Shown here: piece after piece, positions 27,771-36,603 of the stretch
Numbering within the stretch: the stretch's first letter is position 1
Layout: the number at the start of each line of letters is the position of its first letter
Assembly (NCBI GenBank): GCA_037440345.1
Contig: JBBIUJ010000002.1
Location: forward strand, 1 to 57,473
Reading direction: 5' to 3'
Length of the DNA stretch: 57,473 nucleotides
Source: Prolixibacter sp.
GTDB taxonomy: Bacteria > Bacteroidota > Bacteroidia > Bacteroidales > Prolixibacteraceae
The notes under the pieces: model-generated
What the model saw: only the letters and a program-made list of their open reading frames with translations
Databases searched by the model: none
Told to the model about the DNA's origin: nothing
Made by a program: the position numbers and the translations under genes

Positions 27771-28895
27771 ATGGAACATTACATCGTATCAGCCCGCAAA
27801 TATCGCCCGGATACCTTTACAACTGTGGTGGGGCAACCCTCCATTACCTCTACCCTTAAGAATGCAATCAGGAGCAACCACCTGGCACATGCATATTTGT
27901 TTTGCGGTCCGAGGGGAGTCGGAAAGACCACTTCTGCCCGGATCTTTGCCAAGACTATCAACTGTTTGAACCTGACTGCCGATACTGAGCCATGCCAACA
28001 GTGTGAATCGTGCATCTCATTTGGTGAAAACCGCTCCTATAACATCCACGAACTTGATGCAGCCTCCAACAATTCGGTTGAGGACATCAGATCATTGGTA
28101 GACAAAGTTAGGATACCACCCCAAATCGGAAAGTACAGTGTCTATATCATCGATGAGGTCCACATGCTCTCTTCCCAGGCCTTCAATGCTTTCTTGAAAA
28201 CGCTTGAAGAACCGCCTGCACATGCCATTTTTATCCTTGCAACGACCGAAAAGCAGAAAATCATCCCAACCATCCTCTCAAGATGCCAGATTTATGATTT
28301 TAACCGGATCAGTATAGCTGACATTGAAAAACATCTGCTGGAGGTGGCCGGAAAAGAGAAGGTAACCATTGAGGCTGAAGCGCTGAACGTCATTGCCCAA
28401 AAGGCCGATGGCGCTATGCGCGATGCGCTTTCCATCTTCGATCAGATAGTAAGTTTTTGTGGCGATACTGTTACATATAAGGATACGATTTCCAATCTGA
28501 ACGTGCTCGACTACGATTACTACTTCAAATTGACGGAAGGATTTATTAAAGGGGATGTTTCTGGCAATCTGATGATATTTAATGAGATATTGTCCAAGGG
28601 ATTTAATGCCCATCACTTTATTGTTGGATTGTCCCAGCACTTCCGTGATTTGCTGATCAGCCGCGATGCAGTTACTTTACCATTGCTCGAAGTGGGAGGG
28701 GAGATCAAGGAGCGTTACAGAAAGCAGGCATCTCAATGTTCCGAAGACTTTTTAACTGCTGCGCTGATCCTGGCTTCAGATTGTGACATTCAGTACAAAA
28801 GTTCGTCCAACCAACGTTTTCTAGTTGAATTGACTTTAATCAGAAGTGCTCAGCTTATTGAGCAATTAAAAAAAAAACAGTTGACGAATCAATAG
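27771..28895 (+). CDS. dnaX: DNA polymerase III subunit gamma/tau, zero-frame product (gamma-like, 374 aa)
   Basis: ARKYRPDTFTTVVGQ, Walker A GPRGVGKTT, Zn module C..C..C, DEVHMLS and SRCQ. The frame ends 6 codons after an A10 run. Confidence 0.9.
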   Translation: MEHYIVSARKYRPDTFTTVVGQPSITSTLKNAIRSNHLAHAYLFCGPRGVGKTTSARIFAKTINCLNLTADTEPCQQCESCISFGENRSYNIHELDAASNNSVEDIRSLVDKVRIPPQIGKYSVYIIDEVHMLSSQAFNAFLKTLEEPPAHAIFILATTEKQKIIPTILSRCQIYDFNRISIADIEKHLLEVAGKEKVTIEAEALNVIAQKADGAMRDALSIFDQIVSFCGDTVTYKDTISNLNVLDYDYYFKLTEGFIKGDVSGNLMIFNEILSKGFNAHHFIVGLSQHFRDLLISRDAVTLPLLEVGGEIKERYRKQASQCSEDFLTAALILASDCDIQYKSSSNQRFLVELTLIRSAQLIEQLKKKQLTNQ

Positions 28896-29548
28896 CCTGT
28901 CTCTATCTGTTACCTCTTTTTGACGCACTTGTTGCGCCTGTAACACCAACAAAAGAGAGTGTTACTCCGGTTAAATCAGTTGAACCTGTAAAATCTGCAG
29001 AAACAGCACCAGAGGAAGTTATCCGTCCACTTGTCGACAGGCCTTCCGGCAAAGAGCAAAAAAACAGGTACAAGCATACCGAAAATCTTTCGACTCCATC
29101 CATCTCGGGCATGCTCAAAGGTGCGTCTGGTGTGTCAGAACTGCATGAGGATCGTCTGAAAACCAATACAAATCCGAAAGAGAGACCTTTTGATGTATCA
29201 CAGCTCGTAGAAGCATGGAAAAAATTTGCAGAAGGTGTTGACGCTGCTCAGCTCAGATCAGCCCTTTCTGTCAGGGAACCTGTTTTCACCGAAGATTACA
29301 TTATTGTATACAATCTGGATAATGAAGTTCAGCGTCAACGCATTACATTGGATTTGAAACCCAAATTGCTTGCACATTTGCATGCTGCCTTGCACAATGA
29401 AAAAATTACAGTGGAATTCAATGTTACAGAAAACAAGGAGGAGATTCAGAACAGGCCATACACCAATCAGGAAAAGTTCAATGTTCTTGCAGCGAAGTAT
29501 CCCGTACTTGGCAGTATGAAACAAAAATTCGGACTGGATTTTGATTAA
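28862..29548 (+). CDS. dnaX: dnaX -1 frame continuation (tau linker plus C-terminal domain)
   Basis: The frame is open with no stop from 28862, immediately after a TGA at 28859..28861, through 29548. It encodes a Pro/Thr/Val/Glu-rich linker and then a conserved-looking C-terminal domain. Joined to 27771..28877, the product is about 590 aa, a typical tau length. Confidence 0.6.
   Translation, partial: AIKKKTVDESIACLYLLPLFDALVAPVTPTKESVTPVKSVEPVKSAETAPEEVIRPLVDRPSGKEQKNRYKHTENLSTPSISGMLKGASGVSELHEDRLKTNTNPKERPFDVSQLVEAWKKFAEGVDAAQLRSALSVREPVFTEDYIIVYNLDNEVQRQRITLDLKPKLLAHLHAALHNEKITVEFNVTENKEEIQNRPYTNQEKFNVLAAKYPVLGSMKQKFGLDFD
28868..28877 (+). promoter_or_regulatory. A10 homopolymer: candidate -1 frameshift or transcriptional-slippage site in dnaX
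   Basis: Zero frame reads UUA AAA AAA AAA CAG. The -1 frame opens at 28862 and continues to 29548. Confidence 0.5.
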
Positions 29549-29657
29549 GATATCCAAAATCGCGTTTTTGGAGGTGTAAACCTTGTTACTCAACCATTAT
29601 TTTGTACTTTTAGCGCTCTAAAATCGAAAGTAGAAATTTTTTCAAAAAGAATAGCAA

Positions 29658-30884
29658 ATGCAGAAAATTAAAGTATTAAACCCTGTCGTAGAGCTTGATG
29701 GGGACGAGATGACCAGAATAATCTGGAAAATGATCAGGGAAAAATTGATTCTCCCTTTCGTGGATGTTGATATCAAATATTTCGACCTAGGAATAGAATA
29801 CAGGGATGAAACAAATGATCAGGTGACCATTGATGCAGCCAATGCCATCAAAAAGTACAAAGTTGGCATCAAATGTGCGACCATTACTCCTGATGAGGCG
29901 CGTGTCAAAGAGTTTGGACTTAAAAAAATGTGGAAGTCACCCAATGGAACCATTCGTAACATTCTGGACGGTACAATTTTCCGTGAACCCATCGTTGTAG
30001 AAAATGTACCTCGCCTGGTTCCCCAGTGGACCGCCCCTATCATGATCGGACGGCATGCTTTCGGAGATCAATACAGGGCAACAGATATAGTAGTAGATCG
30101 CCCTGGGAAGCTTACGCTCTGTTTTAAGGCTGACGATGGCTCGGAACAAGAGGTTCATGACGTCTATCATTTTGATGGTCCGGGAGTTGCCCTGGCCATG
30201 TACAACACTGAAGAGTCTATCCGGGGATTTGCCCATAGTTGCTTTAAGATGGCTTTGACCAAAAAATGGCCGCTTTACCTCTCAACGAAAAATACCATTT
30301 TGAAGAAGTACGATGGCTTTTTCAAGGATATTTTCGAAGAGATTTTCCTAAGCGATTACAAAGCGGATTTCGACAAAGCGGGAATTATCTATGAACACCG
30401 TTTGATTGATGACATGGTAGCTTCAGCCTTGAAATGGAATGGCAATTTCATCTGGGCATGCAAAAATTATGATGGTGATGTTCAGTCAGATACTGTTGCC
30501 CAAGGCTTTGGGTCTCTTGGTTTAATGACTTCCGTTTTACTCACTCCGGACGGAGGTACCATGGAAGCTGAGGCTGCCCATGGAACTGTAACCCGACACT
30601 ACCGTGAACATCAAAAAGGCCGTCCAACTTCTACCAACCCGATCGCTTCCATTTTTGCCTGGACGCGCGGACTCGATTTCAGGGGAAAACTGGACGGAAA
30701 CCAGCCACTGCGCGATTTTGCCGCGCTGCTAGAAAAAGTATGCATTGATACAGTGGAGTCGGGAAAGATGACCAAAGACCTCGCCCTCTCTATTTACGGT
30801 GATAAGCTTACAAGCGACAATTACCTCACCACTGAGAAATTTATGGATGCCTTGGTAGCAGAGCTTAACAAGAGGATGAATTGA
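29658..30884 (+). CDS. icd: NADP-dependent isocitrate dehydrogenase (eukaryote-like, about 410-aa type)
   Basis: [36 protein letters not shown] and DGDVQSD motifs. Confidence 0.9.
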   Translation: MQKIKVLNPVVELDGDEMTRIIWKMIREKLILPFVDVDIKYFDLGIEYRDETNDQVTIDAANAIKKYKVGIKCATITPDEARVKEFGLKKMWKSPNGTIRNILDGTIFREPIVVENVPRLVPQWTAPIMIGRHAFGDQYRATDIVVDRPGKLTLCFKADDGSEQEVHDVYHFDGPGVALAMYNTEESIRGFAHSCFKMALTKKWPLYLSTKNTILKKYDGFFKDIFEEIFLSDYKADFDKAGIIYEHRLIDDMVASALKWNGNFIWACKNYDGDVQSDTVAQGFGSLGLMTSVLLTPDGGTMEAEAAHGTVTRHYREHQKGRPTSTNPIASIFAWTRGLDFRGKLDGNQPLRDFAALLEKVCIDTVESGKMTKDLALSIYGDKLTSDNYLTTEKFMDALVAELNKRMN

Positions 30885-30918
30885 CCAATTTGTTAAACAA
30901 CAATCAGAAATTTGTGCC

Positions 30919-31434
30919 ATGTTAAAAAAATCGATAGAAGTTGCATTAAATCAGCAAATTAATGCTGAATTTCATTCTGCATATCTTTATCTGTCCATGT
31001 CTTCTTACCTCCAGTCGATCGGTATGTCCGGATGCGCAAACTGGATGAAGGTACAATACCAGGAAGAATTGGCACATGCAACCCATTTTTTTGATTATGT
31101 TGTGGAACGCGGAGGACGCGTTGAATTGTCTCCAATTGGAGCGGTTACGGTCAATTTTAAAAATGTGCTGGATGTCTTTGAGGAGACCTTAAAACATGAA
31201 GTTTCGATAACAGGATTGATCAATAACCTAATGGATATTTGTATCAAAGAGAGTGACCATGCTTCCAAAAGCTTCTTGCAATGGTTTGTTGATGAGCAAG
31301 TTGAAGAAGAGGCAAATGTAGAACAAATACTTCATAACCTGAAGCTGATCAATGGTGAAGGCCAGGGGTTGCTGATGATGGACCGCGAGATGCAATCCAG
31401 GGTCTTCGTCAATCCATTTCCTGCCAAAGCATAG
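30919..31434 (+). CDS. ftnA: Ferritin (non-heme)
   Basis: Ferroxidase-centre ligands occur in LNQQINAEFHSAYLYLSMS, QEELAHA and FVDEQVEEE. Confidence 0.85.
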   Translation: MLKKSIEVALNQQINAEFHSAYLYLSMSSYLQSIGMSGCANWMKVQYQEELAHATHFFDYVVERGGRVELSPIGAVTVNFKNVLDVFEETLKHEVSITGLINNLMDICIKESDHASKSFLQWFVDEQVEEEANVEQILHNLKLINGEGQGLLMMDREMQSRVFVNPFPAKA

Positions 31435-31458
31435 TTATTTTGCTTAAGAACGCTTGTA

Positions 31459-31486
31459 CCTGAACGAAGCCAAAGGGTCGAAGGGG
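31459..31486 (+). repeat. 3'-intergenic motif copy (degenerate)
   Basis: CCTGAACGAAGCCAAAGGGTCGAAGGGG lies between the ferritin stop and its terminator hairpin. Confidence 0.55.
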
Positions 31487-31494
31487 AGAAAGAG

Positions 31495-31537
31495 GAATCC
31501 ACAAATATTTGGTATAGTATTTGTGGATTCACTTTTT
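31495..31537 (+). terminator. Rho-independent terminator of the ferritin gene
   Basis: A 13-bp perfect stem GAATCCACAAATA/TATTTGTGGATTC with a 10-nt loop, followed by ACTTTTT. Confidence 0.8.
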
Positions 31538-31664
31538 GGGAAGTACTGACATCTTTCGGTAGATGTTAACATATTCTCATTGGTATTTCATTCGTTGCAA
31601 CATTTCAATTACCTTTGTTGTGCATTAAAAAGGATTAAATTAGAAACACTCCATACCACATTAT

Positions 31665-34600
31665 ATGTCAATTATTGGAAATTTATTAAAGGGTCTTTTA
31701 GGCAATAAATCAGACAGGGACATTAAGGAAGTTATGCCGGTCATTGCCCTGATTAAAGAGGAATACAGTCGCATCACAGGTTTTAGCAATGATCAGTTGC
31801 GTGCTGAAACGCTTCGGATCAAAGCGATTGTAAAAGATTACATAAAGGCAGAAGAGGATGAGATTGTTGCATTAAAGGAGCGTGCCGAGAGCGGTGAAAT
31901 TCCAATTGGAGAGGGCGAAAAATTATATGATCGTGTCGATAAACTCGAAGAGATCATCACAAAAAAAATTGAAGAGGTACTAAAGACCATACTTCCGACT
32001 GCATTTGCTATCGTGAAAGATACGGCCCGCCGCTTTTTCGAAAACGAGGAAATTGTCGTATCTGTTTCTGATTTTGATCGTGAACTTGCTGCTACAAAGG
32101 ATTTTGTAACTATTGACGGGGATAAGGCCATCTTCAAAAATAGTTGGGTTGCCGGAGGTACACTACAGACCTGGAACATGGTACACTACGATGTTCAGTT
32201 GATCGGAGGATATGTTTTGCATACTGGTAAGATATCGGAGATGGCTACCGGTGAGGGCAAAACCCTTGTGGCTACGCTTCCGGTATTCCTGAACGCGCTT
32301 GCCGGTAGGGGTGTTCACATTGTGACGGTCAACGACTACCTGGCCAAACGTGACTCTGAGTGGATGGGACCAATCTATCAGTTTCATGGTATCTCGGTAG
32401 ATTGTATAGATAAGCACCAACCCAACTCTGTTGAACGCAGGAAGGCATACAATGCTGATATTACATTTGGAACCAACAACGAATTTGGTTTTGACTACCT
32501 GCGTGACAATATGGCAACCGAGCCTGCCGATCTGGTACAGCGCAAGCACCATTATGCCATCGTGGATGAGGTCGACTCGGTATTGATCGATGATGCGCGT
32601 ACCCCTTTGATCATCTCCGGTCCGGTTCCCAAAGGTGAAAATCAACTTTTTGATGTACTGAAATCTCCCATCGAACAGTTGGTGAAAACGCAGAGGGAGT
32701 TGGTGAACCAACTTCTGGTTGAGGCCAAGAAAAAAATTAACTCAAGTAACAAGGATGAAGCCGAAGAGGGCGCCATGGCGCTTCTTCGTGCCTACAAAGG
32801 TTTACCCAAATATAAGCCAACCATCCGTTTCCTTAGTGAAGAGGGAAACAAGGCCAAGATGATGAAGACTGAGAACTTCTACATGCAGGACAATAGTAAA
32901 AATATGCACATTGTCACCGATGAGCTATATTTTATCATTGAAGAGAAACAAAATTCCGTTGAGCTTACAGATAAGGGTATTGACATTCTTTCGCACAATA
33001 ACTCGGATTCAAGCTTCTTTATCCTACCGGATGTAGGTGCAAAAATTGCTGATATACAGAATGATAAAGGTCTTTCTGATGCTGATAGAGTTGAAAAGAA
33101 GGATCTTTTGATGCAGGATTTTGCCATTAAGTCGGAAAGAATACATACAGTCAATCAGTTACTTAAGGCTTACACCATGTTCGAAAAAGACATCGAATAT
33201 GTAGTGATTGAAAACAAAGTTAAAATTGTAGACGAGCAGACAGGCCGTATTATGGAGGGTCGTCGTTATTCTGACGGATTGCACCAGGCAATTGAGGCCA
33301 AGGAAAGAGTTGTAGTGGAAGCCGCCACTCAGACCTTTGCCACCATTACCCTGCAAAATTATTTCAGGATGTACCACAAACTTGCCGGTATGACCGGTAC
33401 TGCTGAAACGGAGGCAGGTGAGTTATGGGATATATACAAATTGGAAGTAGTTGTGGTGCCCACCAATCAGCCAATCGCCAGAAAAGATTACGAAGATCTT
33501 GTTTACAAATCCAAAAATGAAAAATACAAGGCAATTATCGAAGAGATTGTCCGTCTGAACAAGATTGGACGACCGATGCTGGTAGGTACAACTTCTGTCG
33601 AAATTTCAGAATTGCTTAGCAGGATGTTGCAGATGAGGGGTATTAAGCACCAGGTCCTGAATGCCAAACTACACCAGCGCGAAGCCGATATCGTGGCCGA
33701 GGCAGGTAAATTGGGAACAGTTACCATTGCCACCAACATGGCCGGCCGTGGTACTGACATTAAATTGACTCCCGAAACCCGGGCCCTGGGCGGTCTTGCC
33801 ATCATTGGCACAGAACGGCACGACTCCCGGCGTGTCGACCGCCAGTTGCGTGGTCGTGCCGGTCGTCAGGGTGACCCCGGAACTTCCCAGTTCTTTGTCT
33901 CCCTGGAGGATGACCTGATGCGTCTGTTCTCTTCCGACCGTATTGTTGGTATCATGGACCGTCTTGGCTTAAAGGAGGGAGAGGTCATCCAGCATTCGAT
34001 GATCTCCAAATCAATCGAACGTGCCCAGAAAAAAGTAGAAGAGAACAATTTTGGAATACGTAAGCGTTTGCTGGAATACGATGATGTAATGAATTCGCAG
34101 CGTGAAGTCATATACAAGAAAAGGCGTCACGCCCTCTTTGGAGAACGGATTGAGGTAGATATTCTCAACATGATCTTCGATATGGGCGAACTGCTCAGTA
34201 CCGAGCATCAACCAAATGGTAGGGAAGGATACGAAGATTTCCGCCTCGATCTGATTAAAGCGCTGTCTCTGGATTCTCCGGTGGATGAGGAGGAATTTTC
34301 CAAGATCAATATTGACCAGCTTACGGATAAAATTTACCACAATTCGATCGAGAATTTTACCAGAAAATCGCAGGCCATCTCCCGTCAGGCCTGGCCAGTC
34401 GTTAAAAATGTTTATGAGACCAAGTCGCATATTTACAACAATATAGTTGTGCCAATTACCGATGGACACCGCCTGTTTAACATTGTTACAAACCTTGAGA
34501 AGGCATACAAAACTCAGGGGGTTGATCTGGTGAAATCCTACGAAAAACAGGTTATTCTCGCTACCATTGATGAGCATTGGAAAGAGAACCTCAGAGAACT

Positions 34601-34973
34601 GGATGAACTGAGAACCTCGGTACAGAATGCCTCTTATGAGCAAAAAGATCCGCTTCTTATCTATAAACTAGAGTCGTTTAACCTGTTTAAAGCCATGATG
34701 GAGCAAATCAACAGGGGAGTGGTTTCTACGCTAATGAAAGGACAGATTCCCATCAGTGAGGCCGACGAAGTGAAAGAAGCACCAATTGCCAGACGTTCGC
34801 AGGATCGTTCACAATACCGTGAAGAGAAGATGGAGGCATCCAATCATCCCGGAGAGCACCAGGAAGAGCACAGGGCCCCTCAGCCGATTCGGCATGCGCC
34901 AAAAGTAGGCCGCAATGAGCCTTGTCCTTGCGGAAGCGGAAAGAAATTTAAAAATTGCCACGGACACGAATAA
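31665..34973 (+). CDS. secA: Preprotein translocase ATPase SecA
   Basis: [14 protein letters not shown] Walker [30 protein letters not shown] and the C-terminal Zn finger [14 protein letters not shown]. Confidence 0.97.
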   Translation: MSIIGNLLKGLLGNKSDRDIKEVMPVIALIKEEYSRITGFSNDQLRAETLRIKAIVKDYIKAEEDEIVALKERAESGEIPIGEGEKLYDRVDKLEEIITKKIEEVLKTILPTAFAIVKDTARRFFENEEIVVSVSDFDRELAATKDFVTIDGDKAIFKNSWVAGGTLQTWNMVHYDVQLIGGYVLHTGKISEMATGEGKTLVATLPVFLNALAGRGVHIVTVNDYLAKRDSEWMGPIYQFHGISVDCIDKHQPNSVERRKAYNADITFGTNNEFGFDYLRDNMATEPADLVQRKHHYAIVDEVDSVLIDDARTPLIISGPVPKGENQLFDVLKSPIEQLVKTQRELVNQLLVEAKKKINSSNKDEAEEGAMALLRAYKGLPKYKPTIRFLSEEGNKAKMMKTENFYMQDNSKNMHIVTDELYFIIEEKQNSVELTDKGIDILSHNNSDSSFFILPDVGAKIADIQNDKGLSDADRVEKKDLLMQDFAIKSERIHTVNQLLKAYTMFEKDIEYVVIENKVKIVDEQTGRIMEGRRYSDGLHQAIEAKERVVVEAATQTFATITLQNYFRMYHKLAGMTGTAETEAGELWDIYKLEVVVVPTNQPIARKDYEDLVYKSKNEKYKAIIEEIVRLNKIGRPMLVGTTSVEISELLSRMLQMRGIKHQVLNAKLHQREADIVAEAGKLGTVTIATNMAGRGTDIKLTPETRALGGLAIIGTERHDSRRVDRQLRGRAGRQGDPGTSQFFVSLEDDLMRLFSSDRIVGIMDRLGLKEGEVIQHSMISKSIERAQKKVEENNFGIRKRLLEYDDVMNSQREVIYKKRRHALFGERIEVDILNMIFDMGELLSTEHQPNGREGYEDFRLDLIKALSLDSPVDEEEFSKINIDQLTDKIYHNSIENFTRKSQAISRQAWPVVKNVYETKSHIYNNIVVPITDGHRLFNIVTNLEKAYKTQGVDLVKSYEKQVILATIDEHWKENLRELDELRTSVQNASYEQKDPLLIYKLESFNLFKAMMEQINRGVVSTLMKGQIPISEADEVKEAPIARRSQDRSQYREEKMEASNHPGEHQEEHRAPQPIRHAPKVGRNEPCPCGSGKKFKNCHGHE

Positions 34974-34980
34974 ATAAATA

Positions 34981-35066
34981 GTTATGAGTTATAAGTGATG
35001 AATTATTGTAGGTTATTGTAATTCAATTGATTATATGACTAAAACACATAACTTATAATTCATAAC
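34981..35066. repeat. Imperfect palindrome downstream of secA (GTTATGAGTTATAAG-type arms)
   Basis: GTTATGAGTTATAAGTGATG (34981..35000) pairs with CATAACTTATAATTCATAAC (35047..35066) at 18 of 20 positions. A related arm is found at 57183..57204. Confidence 0.7.
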
Positions 35067-35104
35067 TTTTTGTAGGTTGTACCTATTTAAATACAATACA
35101 ATTC

Positions 35105-35956
35105 ATGATAATGAGCACTTTATTATCCATTCATTGGAATGTTAGTCCTGAACTTTTTAGTCTTGGCCCTATCTCTGTCCGCTGGTATGGATTAATGTTT
35201 GCATTGGGCTTCCTGGTAGGTTATCAGATTATGTTCAAAATGTTTAAGTTTGAAAAATCGGACACCGAATGGCTGGATAAGTTATTTATTTACACGATTG
35301 TAGCAACCATTGTTGGTGCACGGCTGGGACATGTATTCTTCTATGGATGGAGTTATTATTCCCAACATCTTCTCGAGATTGTCCTGCCCATTGCAAAAGG
35401 AGAGACAGGTTATAAATTTGTGGGATATCAGGGTTTGGCCAGTCATGGTGGAGCTTTGGGTATCGTTTTAGCTATCTACTTCTATTCGAAGAGGGTGACC
35501 AAACGATCCATCTATTGGACGCTTGACCGCCTGATTATTCCAACTGCGCTGGTGGCGGCCATGATCCGTACCGGAAATTTAATGAACTCCGAGATTTATG
35601 GCGTTGCCACGAACATGCCATGGGGGTTTATTTTTGAGCGTAACCATGAAGTTGTAGCCAAACATCCTACCCAAATATATGAAGCATTGGGATATCTGAT
35701 CGTTTTTGTGACCTCGTTGTGGATGTTCTTCAAGGCCAAAGATCTGAAAGACCGCCCGGGATTTATCATCGGTTATGGCTTTGCCGGAATATTCCTAACC
35801 CGATTTTTTGTCGAGTTTATCAAGGAAAACCAGGAGGCCTTCGAAGCAGGTATGGCGCTGAATATGGGCCAAATTTTAAGTATCCCATTTATATTGGCGG
35901 GTGGCTATTTAATGTACCGCGCACTTAAGAATCCTCCGGTAAAATACAAAGCGTGA
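35105..35956 (+). CDS. lgt: Prolipoprotein diacylglyceryl transferase
   Basis: VRWYGLMFALGF, GARLGHVF, SHGGALG and HPTQIYEALGY motifs. Polytopic. Confidence 0.9.
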   Translation: MIMSTLLSIHWNVSPELFSLGPISVRWYGLMFALGFLVGYQIMFKMFKFEKSDTEWLDKLFIYTIVATIVGARLGHVFFYGWSYYSQHLLEIVLPIAKGETGYKFVGYQGLASHGGALGIVLAIYFYSKRVTKRSIYWTLDRLIIPTALVAAMIRTGNLMNSEIYGVATNMPWGFIFERNHEVVAKHPTQIYEALGYLIVFVTSLWMFFKAKDLKDRPGFIIGYGFAGIFLTRFFVEFIKENQEAFEAGMALNMGQILSIPFILAGGYLMYRALKNPPVKYKA

Positions 35957-36516
35957 ATTGGGATTTTCTGGATTATTGGTTTGCTGGATTATTTATAGTG
36001 AAGGGATAGTATTGGGCATCTTATTTTTGGGATGCCTTAATCTTTTTATTCCGGGGCTTCCAGCGCCAAAGTTGAGGAGCATAATCTTATAAGTTAGCTC
36101 ATCGTCAATCTTTTCATTTTCCATTCGTTGTAAAAGTTATAATGATAATGTGGCAAACTCATTTTTGATGAATAAGTTACAGAATTTCAAAGACAAAAAC
36201 GAATATTGATTATGTTATTATCATGTTGACAGCCCATAAAATTTTTTCAATTACTACAATAATTAATCCAACAATCCCCAAATCCCCCGAATCCACATGC
36301 AGACAATTGGCACATAATCAACTATATAAAATACAGATGTTTAAATATGCAACACTGTATAAAATATATACACTATTTTTAATAATCTAATATACAGCAT
36401 TATACGATAAATTCGAATATTTACTGTTGAATAAATCAACACATGCTGTGTTTAAAATTCGAACAAAATTTTTTTAAATACCTCATAGACAATTAGATAC
36501 GACATAGAAATTTTCA

Positions 36517-36531
36517 TGGCACACTTATTGA
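36517..36531 (+). promoter_or_regulatory. Candidate sigma-54 (-24/-12) promoter
   Basis: TGGCAC-ACTTA-TTGA has the correct GG-to-G spacing of 12 nt. It lies about 75 nt upstream of the ATG at 36604. The -12 element reads TTGA rather than the consensus TTGC. A sigma-54-dependent activator is encoded 6.7 kb downstream. Confidence 0.5.
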
Positions 36532-36603
36532 AATAGTCTTATAGGATGTTCATTTCAATCAGGGAACAAATCAGGGATTTTATCATTACCTATAATTTCA
36601 GCC

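Noticed and set aside
28903-29166. 87-aa minus-strand ORF between the two dnaX segments
   Set aside because: It is antisense to the open -1 frame that encodes the tau linker. Its low-complexity Ser/Thr/Gly-rich translation is typical of a shadow ORF.
32163-34643. Several 100-210-aa minus-strand ORFs inside secA (for example 32163..32711 and 34011..34643)
   Set aside because: These are antisense shadow ORFs within a highly conserved, unambiguous secA reading frame. No recognisable motifs are present.
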